Shown here piece after piece: positions 55,229-64,000 of a stretch of DNA of 64,000 nucleotides (within the stretch, counting starts at the first letter, position 1; every line of letters begins with the position of its first letter). The DNA is taken from assembly GCA_964016885.1 (NCBI GenBank), contig OZ024741.1, positions 102,982,001 through 103,046,000 on the forward strand, given 5' to 3'. A model generated the notes under the pieces. That model ran no database searches. It was not told the origin of the DNA and worked only from the letters and a program-made list of their open reading frames with translations. This stretch comes from Eledone cirrhosa. Its lineage: Eukaryota. Made by a program: the position numbers and the translations under genes.

Positions 55229-56359
55229 ATGCATTCGTATGAAATAATTCTTAAACTAACTCTTGCCATTTTGGCGTGTTCGATGCTTGTAGAAACTCAT
55301 GAATTTAAAAGTTACACTAGTAGGGGAATGTTGGGCAACCGTGGACCTTATGAACTGCTGAGAAAAAGAAATGTTAACAGTCTCATGGAAATGGAAAGCC
55401 CGGATAATTATCTTCGGGGAATTGATAGTGAATATCCCGTAAATTTATACAAGAGAATCCGAGAATTGGTTGGCAAACGCGGAACTGAATTTGATTATCC
55501 CGAACATTTTGACAAGAGAATCCGAGAATTGGTTGGCAAACGTGGAATCGAAATTGAAGCTCCTGAGCATTTTGATAAAAGAATTCGAGAATTGGTCGGT
55601 AAACGAGGACCTGAACTCGAGTATTCCGAGCGTTTTGACAAGAGAATCCGTGAATTGGTCGGCAAACGAGGAATTGAAATTGAGAACCCTGAACAATTTG
55701 ATAAAAGAATCCGAGAATTAGTTGGCAAACGGGGGAGTGAATTTGATTATTCCGATCGTCTTGACAAAAGAATCCGTGAATTGGTTGGCAAACGAGGTAA
55801 TGATATGCAAAATACTGAGCAGGTTGACAAAAGGATTCGTGAATTGGTCGGCAAACGTGGATCTGAAATGGAATATCCTGAACACTTTGACAAAAGAATT
55901 CGAGAATTGGTTGGTAAACGTGGTAATGATTTGGAAAATAGCGAACAGTTTGACAAAAGGATAAGAGAGTTGGTTGGTAAACGTGGCTCTGATATGCAAA
56001 ATAGCGAACACTTTGACAAAAGAATAAGAGAGCTGGTTGGTAAACGTGGAAATATGGAAAATAGTGAACATTTTGACAAGAGGATACGAGAGTTGGTTGG
56101 CAAACGTGGAACTGATATTGAAAATAACGAACACTTTGACAAAAGAATAAGAGAATTGGTTGGGAAACGTGGCTCTGATATGGGAAATACCGAACAGTTT
56201 GATAAAAGAATTCGAGAATTAGTTGGTAAACGTGGGTCTGATATGGAAAATAGCGAACACTTTGACAAGAGGATACGAGAGCTGGTTGGTAAACGCAGCG
56301 TTGCAGCAAATGTCAGGAAAAGTTCCGTTAAACGAAGCGCAGACAAATTAGTAGCTTAA
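55229..56359 (+). CDS. Neuropeptide precursor (prepropeptide) with 14 copies of IRELVamide; probably related to the PRQFVamide/pentaFVamide family
   Basis: Uninterrupted 376-aa ORF. Hydrophobic N-terminus (IILKLTLAILACSMLV) suggests a signal peptide of about 23 aa. 14 exact KR-IRELV-G-KR cassettes (55457..56296) give dibasic convertase sites plus a Gly amide donor. 13 acidic spacers of 10-11 aa lie between them. Codons vary only synonymously between cassettes. Confidence 0.95.
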   Translation: MHSYEIILKLTLAILACSMLVETHEFKSYTSRGMLGNRGPYELLRKRNVNSLMEMESPDNYLRGIDSEYPVNLYKRIRELVGKRGTEFDYPEHFDKRIRELVGKRGIEIEAPEHFDKRIRELVGKRGPELEYSERFDKRIRELVGKRGIEIENPEQFDKRIRELVGKRGSEFDYSDRLDKRIRELVGKRGNDMQNTEQVDKRIRELVGKRGSEMEYPEHFDKRIRELVGKRGNDLENSEQFDKRIRELVGKRGSDMQNSEHFDKRIRELVGKRGNMENSEHFDKRIRELVGKRGTDIENNEHFDKRIRELVGKRGSDMGNTEQFDKRIRELVGKRGSDMENSEHFDKRIRELVGKRSVAANVRKSSVKRSADKLVA

Positions 56360-56499
56360 TTGACTGCTTGCAGCAGTGAAGGAAATATTGTCGGAAAAAA
56401 AACAAATATTGGAAATTTATTTCTTTTTAAAAAGAAAAACACGGAAAAACGACAACCCAAAAACTTTTTAAAGGTTCGATACACGATAACCGGGAGGAA

Positions 56500-56505
56500 A
56501 ATAAA
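56500..56505 (+). terminator. Candidate polyadenylation signal
   Basis: AATAAA 140 nt after the stop codon. The region is very A-rich, so this could be chance. Confidence 0.3.
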
Positions 56506-56707
56506 AACAAGGCGTTTAAAAAAAATTGATTTACAAAATGAAAAAAATGAAAAAATCCAACAACGTTTTGTGTATTACAGGAAAAAAAAACTTTTGAAAA
56601 AAACAACAAAAAAGATATAAAGACATGTTATGTTATTTAATTCATTTCTGGAAAAGAAAATCAAAGATATCGAACCCCCGGATGAATTGATTTAAAAAAA
56701 CAACAAC

Positions 56708-56781
<74 letters not shown>

Positions 56782-57080
56782 AACAATAGCATCAGCAGAA
56801 GAAAACGAGATTCAAATATATATTTTGGACGAAACAAACAGTAACGGTAAAATGATTTTTAATACAGATAATGATTATAGTAATGATAACAATAATTAAA
56901 TTAACAATAATAATCAATATGATGGTTATGATGACGATGATGACGAAATAACATTAAAACGTCGAATGGAAAAATTACATTGTCCCTCTGAAAACGCAAG
57001 AAACATTAACTTACAGAACAGAACTTATTTTTGAAAGTTCTACTGAGCGAAAAGAAATCTTTTCTTTGTACATTCCTTCT

Positions 57081-57206
<126 letters not shown>

Positions 57207-57368
57207 GAAAAGGATTAACATTCTCCACTACCCATAAACTATCACGGAAGTAAAAAAAATAATTGAACTCGCAATCTGGTTTACGTTTTCTTAATTCTTT
57301 ACTTCATATCTCTCTCTTTCTCTCTCATTATATATATATATATATATATATTATATTTATTATATATA

Positions 57369-57404
<36 letters not shown>

Positions 57405-58053
57405 TGTATGTATGTATGTATGTATATAAACGTTTTATAGTGCCTTTGCTCACTATAAAAGCTTCACGGCACAGGCATTGCTTTATATCTGGAGATCTCT
57501 CTACACTTGTCACATGGTACCATGGGCCCAGCACTGTGTCAATAATTGTCACAGGTGTAGTGTTTGTACCAGAGTTTTCAAGTCGCTGGCTGGACTAAAA
57601 AGTCACACTCGTTCGGCGCATCGGTAGGGGTTCTCCTACATGGATATAAAGTAGTGGCCGTACTCGAAAACGAGTTGGCAGCCACCATATATATATGTAT
57701 ATATAAATAACTCTCACTCAATTGCATTTTCTTAATGCTGTAGTTGTATGTCATGCTTAGCAATTTACTATTTGGTATTTACTAATCAACCTGTGGATGA
57801 ATGTATGCATATATACACACATATTTATATATATATGTATATATATGTATGTATGTATGTATATCTCTATCTATATATGTTTATGTATGTGGTTATTGTT
57901 ATTTTATAAGCATAAAATTAAATACTACATTTATATATGCCGCGAAATACACCCACCACGCACACACGTGTGTTTGTGTGTGCGCGCGTAGAGGTGTATT
58001 TTGCGGCATATATAAATTTATTATTAATTTTATACTTATAAAATATTCATAAC

Positions 58054-58093
<40 letters not shown>

Positions 58094-58412
58094 CTCGCCC
58101 GCGTGCACTTTTACTTTCGAAATAGTTACAAAAGTTTTAAGTTATTCAGTGGGATTGATACCATAAGCTCTGTATATGTGTGTGTGTGCACGTGTGAGTG
58201 TATGAATAAGCCTAATGCATAAACACATGCATGTGTACTGTAATTATATATATTTTTTAACGTTGAAATGTGCATGGTTTTGAAATATGTACATATATAT
58301 CTACCTCTCCATCTATATATCTATCATATATGTGTCTATATATCAATCTATCTATTTGCCTGCCTGTCTATCTCTCTGTCTGTCATTCTCTCTCTCACTC
58401 TCTCTCACTCTC

Positions 58413-58455
<43 letters not shown>

Positions 58456-61400
58456 GTGTGTGTGTGATGTAATATATGAACATATCAATCATGCGGTTGT
58501 ATTGATAACGATAATAATAATAGTTATGATAATAATGATTATTATTCTTTCTGTTATTTGCCACACAGTCATTGAATGGTGAAAAATAATATATCTTTTT
58601 CGCCCCCTTATTCCTGGGAGGGTCCTGAGGGCAGTCTCCTCAAACATGCCTTCCAACGGGTCCTATGGGGAGAATAATATATGATATTTGTAATTTCTGT
58701 TGTTGATGTGACATATTCCTTATTTATTTTTGTCTATGAGACTCTGCCAGATTTAGTGGTTTGGGCTTATGAAATGTTCAGCCATTTACAAGTTAATTTC
58801 ACGAACAAACTGGAACACTCGTCGTCGCAATGGACGGAGACGCTCACTAACACAAACGTGATTGCGTCTTGTATATTACGTTCATTTTATAGGGTTTATT
58901 AATTATGTGGTTAATTTGTGTACTTGCTCTTGACTTAGATAATATTATTTTTTCTTAACTTGCTCAGCAGTCTTTAGAGCGTCGCATTAAAATGCCTCAG
59001 TATTTGTTCCAGTTCACTGCGCGCTGATTTCAAAACCTATCGAGATTAACTTTCCTTTTTATCCTTCCAAGATCGATAAATAAAGCACCTGTCAAGGAGT
59101 TGTGGATTGGTAAAATTGCTAAAATATACGGCAAGGGATATTTTGCGTTATCTCATGCGTCTCAGTGCGTTCTAAGTTCAAATTCCGCTTTTTTCTGCCA
59201 GGTGTTTCACCCGGCACATATCAACAGGGGAAAGATCAAAGTAAACATTCCTTACCTAGCCCGATCTAATGATTAGCTCCATTCTTTTCCATTTTGAAAT
59301 TACTTGACGCAAAACATCTTAGGCAAATTATTTGTCGCGACTGCATTACCAAATATTGTTAGTACTTCTATGGAAATGTCTTATTTATGCTATTGTTATT
59401 ATTATTGATATTGTATAATCCCAGCTCGGCTCTAATCATGTAAGAACCTCTGATGATCAAAAGCATTCCAGCCATGCCCATCGTGTCTTCCGCTCACATA
59501 CTATGAACATATTATTCTCATCTACATCTCGTTTTAAGACTGCAGTATGCAATTTGAGCGAGATTTGGTTTACTATTTCTAGTAATTCTGGTGACCACCT
59601 AAATGCCCTTTCGGTTGGAGAGGGTGCAGCGGGGTGAATGTAGTACCTATATTACCCTGTGAAGTAGTAGAGCGGGATCAAGGTCTTATGGGTCTTGTGG
59701 GCTGTGACAAAAATGTTTTATATACGGGTGGATTTGCTATACAGAACACTTTTTTTTTTTGTATTATCGGGGGAGATATAAACTTACCGGCCGGGATGGG
59801 AAGAGAGCTCAGGTTCCGTAGAGACGGTATTTATTGTTGTTTCACCCCAGGGCAACTCTAATCGAGTCAGAAAAATTAACAAATATATTCCATCTTTTAA
59901 GGTTATCAAGCACTATATCATCTCGTGTACTTACCTTTTTTTAAAGATGGTTGGCTATGACTGGAGGTAAATTTTGGCTACTGTTTCTTACAGGTCAATC
60001 TGCCCTGAAGAATCTCATTGGCTCGGATGCGATGGTTGTCGTAGGGTAAATGGAGGGTGTTGATTGTGTGTGAAGGATTCATCAAAGTGCATATGAAGTT
60101 CAAGAAATTTAAAAATCAAACATTAAAACAAATGCCGAGATAGGGTGGAGAAAGTGATAACGAGTTCGATATTCAGTTTATCTCAACAAAATAAACTGAC
60201 TTTTTTTTAACAATGATTTGTTAAATTTGAGATCTGGTAGAATAGTTGATTATTTGAGGGAGTTCTTATTTTATCAAACCTTCTACCCCATAAATGTAAG
60301 CGAGAGAGGTTTGTCCTAATGAGTTTTGAACTCGGAAACATAAAAAGAAGGCTACAGACCCTTTTTCCAGTCGTTTTACCGTTTCTGTTATCCACTGACC
60401 CCCAGAGGTTTATAGAACATGGAATGTCCAAAAGTTTTTATTGATTTTTTTTTGGTGTTGCTGTTGTTATTTAACTTTAGCTTTGATGGAGCAGATTTAT
60501 AATGAAAATTTTTCCCACCCATGACCATCCTGTGATCATCACATCTTTTTCGTGTCTTGTATCTAAGGCGTTCTTTCCTTTCATAAATTATTGAATGTCA
60601 ATATCTAGAAAGACTGCTGCTATTGTTGTTGTTTAGCCCTGATTCAGTTGATATAACAGTCTATGGTCAAAGATGTTCCACCCAAGACCACCTTTCATTG
60701 TGTATGTCTTGGACAATAGTGTCCAATGTGTCTTTTCATTTATTTATAAGACAGTGAAGAGTGCTTTGAAGCAAATTTAACTATTATATCTAACATGTAA
60801 AATGCCGGCGTAAGGTATGTGTTGTGGAAACATTTTTTTTTCTAGAAGCCGGTACTGAGAAAAATAACGAATCTTTATTTTTGTAAATTCACACGTGGCA
60901 ATGTAATTTGTGTAAAATTAGTATTTTAATGTTAAGGCTTAAACTATTTTGTTGCCATATTTCTAATGGAAAAACACTGCTAATGATTTTCAAATAATTT
61001 TGAAAATAAACATGAATTTGGATGGATTTAGTAATATAACTAACTTGCTCGTTATTAAGGTGGTATTTGGAACATGACATCATACATGTTCTTACATGGT
61101 AGAACTTTTTCATTGCCATATATCTAAAGAAAGATACTGCTTTTGCTTTTCAAAATGTTTGAATATAATCAGGAATTTGAAGGTATATTGTAATATAACT
61201 AACTTCCTTGAGTTGGTGTTTCGAGCATAACTTAAATGTCCTCATATAAAATCATGATAAAACGATTTTAGATTAATATAAAACTTTATCCTAATTCTAG
61301 CGAAAGCCATTATCGACGATTTTGAAATTATTTTGAAAATAATCAGCAATATGGAAGCAGTTAGTAATATATTATTAAGCTAGTGTTTGGAACATAACTT

Positions 61401-62398
61401 AACAGATTCTTACATAAAATTATTCAACAGTTTTGTATCTTATAACCTGGGATGGGAGGCTTCAGGCAATTTGGTATTAAAAGGTTTAAACCGTAATTTT
61501 CATACGGGATTTTAACATCCTCGTGGCGGACAGACCTTGTTGTTTTGATGTAGTCTTAATATGTGTTTATTACTTTATTCCTTTCTTTTACTGATTTCAG
61601 TCATTAATTTGATGTCATGCTCGGGTATCGCTTTGAAAGAATTTATTAGATCATATTGGGGCCCCCAGCATTTATTTTATCATTTTTTTTAGCCGGCTAA
61701 ACGCCATTTTACGCAACATGAACAGACGTTTATGACGGGCTTCCGTACAGTTTCCGCCTAGAAAATTTCGCCTTCATGGCATTGGTCATCTGAGACTGTA
61801 ATCGGAGACCATTGCCCAAGCGGCCACGTCGTGGCACTGGATCCGAAACCACGTGATTATCCTATTTAGCTAATTAGTTAATTAGCAACATAATCAATGA
61901 TTATTTCTTTTCGTCACTTAATTTTCTCTGAATATATATTTTTGTTTGTTTGAACATGGATATATTTGAACATTTGAAAATATGTTTGCTTTTTTGAAAA
62001 GCCGCCACAAATATATCGATGAATACGTTAATATATGGTTCGATTCCCGCTGGCGGTTCTGTCCACTTTTTTTTTACTCCAGGGGTTTTTTACCCGCCTT
62101 ATTCAAATATACTATAGTTAACTAGCGTTGTGCCGGCTTCCAAAAGTTTTAAAAAATCAAACATACTTTCAAATTTTTCCGATGCTTCATAAAAGTTTCA
62201 AAGTTGTCATTTATATATTTATTCTATTATAGTTATTGCTTTTGTTGCTTTTATTAATTCATGGATTAACGATGGTGCTGCTATTGTCGTTGATGTTGAT
62301 AATGATAGCGATAATGATGGTGGTGATTACGTGATGGTTTTGATATATATACATCTAATGGTTATAGTTAACAACTGAAGTGCACCAGGCGAGGAAAA

Positions 62399-62432
<34 letters not shown>

Positions 62433-62829
62433 GCACAAACACACATTTGTAAACGTATATATATTATATTCGAAACTAGTTTGGCACTCATCAGAAGATA
62501 TGTATATCAACTAACAAGGAAATAAGTAGTGTTCTGAAGTGGACGTACTAATTTGCATATTACTGGCGCTCATATTGGTACTTACTTAAGATATACATTA
62601 AGTTGTGCGCTAAGAAGCGGAAGAATACGATAATAATGTTTGTATAAAAACATAAAGATAAGACTCTACTAACATGAACGCTAAATACGTACATTTGACA
62701 TACTTAAATGTCGATATACTAAAATGCGTAAATTTTTTATACACATTTAAGTGGACTTGGCTATCTCAATACTCTATATATACAGATATAAATTCATCGC
62801 ACACTGTGCGCACAATTTAATATATATAT

Positions 62830-63628
62830 TAGTATTATTATAATCGTTATTCGTAACGCTTTTGTTCTGGCAGATGTTATACCGACACTAAACCAAAAGA
62901 GCGAATCATAGCCAATGGTCAAAGATCCTTTGGGTCATTTCTTTTCCTTCAACTTTCCAATACCCTTCTTAGAATTCTTGCTGTTCCCAGCAAAGCTGTT
63001 TTCTGCAACAATCCTGTCCTGATAGTGATTCTTAGCTTCTCAAGCCATGTATCCAACATTCTACTAACTACTTCAAGTGCACCAACCACGATCGGTACCA
63101 CTTCTAAAGGTCTGCTTCTCCATAATTTCCTGATTTCCCTCTTCAGTTCCTGGTATTTCTTCACTTTCTCACTTTCTTTCTCATTCACCCTGTGGTCCCA
63201 CGATGAAGCAATATCCACAATGCATGCCGTGTTATTCTTCTCTTCTAAGATAACAATGTCAGGCTTTCTAGCCACGATAAAATGGTCGCACTGGGTGATC
63301 ATGTCCCACAAGATCTTATACTGCTCATTTTCAGCCATTCTTCCGGTTGGTGTTCATACCATTTCTCACATCTGCTCATGTCATACTTATGACAAAGATA
63401 CCAATGAACCAGCTTGGCAATATTGTCGTGCTTTCTCTTGTACTCTTTCTGAGCAAGCATCTTACATTCACAAATAATGTGGTTTATTGCCTCACCTTTC
63501 TCACCACACAACCTGCAAAGTGGAGAATTCACTGACTTGTCAATATTAAACTTGATATAGTTCTTTCTCAGTACCTGTTCATGGGTTGCAAAAATAAGGA
63601 CCTCAGTTTCAAATTTTAAGTCACTTAT
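62830..63628 (-). mobile_element. R4/Dong-like non-LTR retrotransposon 3' fragment (CCHC finger plus restriction-like endonuclease)
   Basis: CRLCGEKGEAINHIICEC, KHD, ILWD, RKPDIV, IVDIA, KYQEL, PIVVGALE, LQKTALLGTARILRRVL. Flanked by TAA-rich sequence. Confidence 0.85.
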
Positions 63629-64000
63629 TATTTTTATTATTATTTTCTTTTCTTTCCCTTCAGTAATGTTTCCGTTATATGCCGAGTGTCTGACAGCTAG
63701 GGCAAATAAACTCACTGAATACATTGGTAATCCAGTTAACACACCAAAATGATTATAATTTTCAGAGAGATAGTGCTCTTCTCAATACGTGTGCAGTACC
63801 AGTAAAAACAATTTTTGCACTTCTTGCAGAGAGGGTAAACCAGGGATCATTCTCAAATACTATTCTGTTCCTTTCTTTATCATTCCCAGTGCTCCCACAA
63901 TCACTGGTATTGTAACGGCCTTGGGGTACCACATTTCTTACAATTTCAATGAGCAGATATTTATATTTTCTAAACTTGTCAAATTCTTTTGCCACGATAT
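63625..64000 (-). mobile_element. Second, diverged R4/Dong-like 3' end, running off the window
   Basis: KEFDKFRKYKYLLIEI..KIVFTGTAHVLRRALSL*, followed by a 3'UTR ending in (TAA)n. Confidence 0.7.

Noticed and set aside
55457-56296. Repeat-spacer periodicity resembling a CRISPR array
   Set aside because: The repeats vary at third codon positions, the spacers are homologous to each other, the unit length is a multiple of 3, the context is eukaryotic and there are no cas genes.
55383-56346. Long antisense and alternative-frame ORFs (308 aa, 199 aa, 138 aa) over the neuropeptide gene
   Set aside because: Shadows of the 63-bp coding repeat. Only the + frame shows synonymous-only variation and a signal peptide.

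Overview
AT-rich, microsatellite-saturated eukaryotic DNA. The SINE and repeat content point to an octopus genome (inference). There is one 200-N gap. The only clear host gene is an uninterrupted 376-aa neuropeptide precursor ORF (55229..56359, +). It has a signal peptide and 14 identical KR-IRELV-G-KR cassettes, predicting the amidated pentapeptide IRELVamide, separated by 13 conserved acidic spacers, with an upstream TATA box. The rest is mostly transposon-derived. It includes a near-intact Penelope-like element (PLE) with ~1.17 kb pseudo-LTRs, several truncated or inverted PLEs, an integrase-only Gypsy LTR element with a tRNA-Trp PBS, mariner remnants and MITEs, tandem Helitron-like units, CR1, RTE and R4/Dong-like LINE fragments, and many tRNA-derived SINEs. 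Reading the non-coding DNA by eye gave more than 20 type-I hammerhead-ribozyme-like motifs from about 10 repeat families. These include U3-A8 and U4A core variants. Many fold-back inversions break in or next to the ribozyme. All structures were read manually and none were computed or database-checked.
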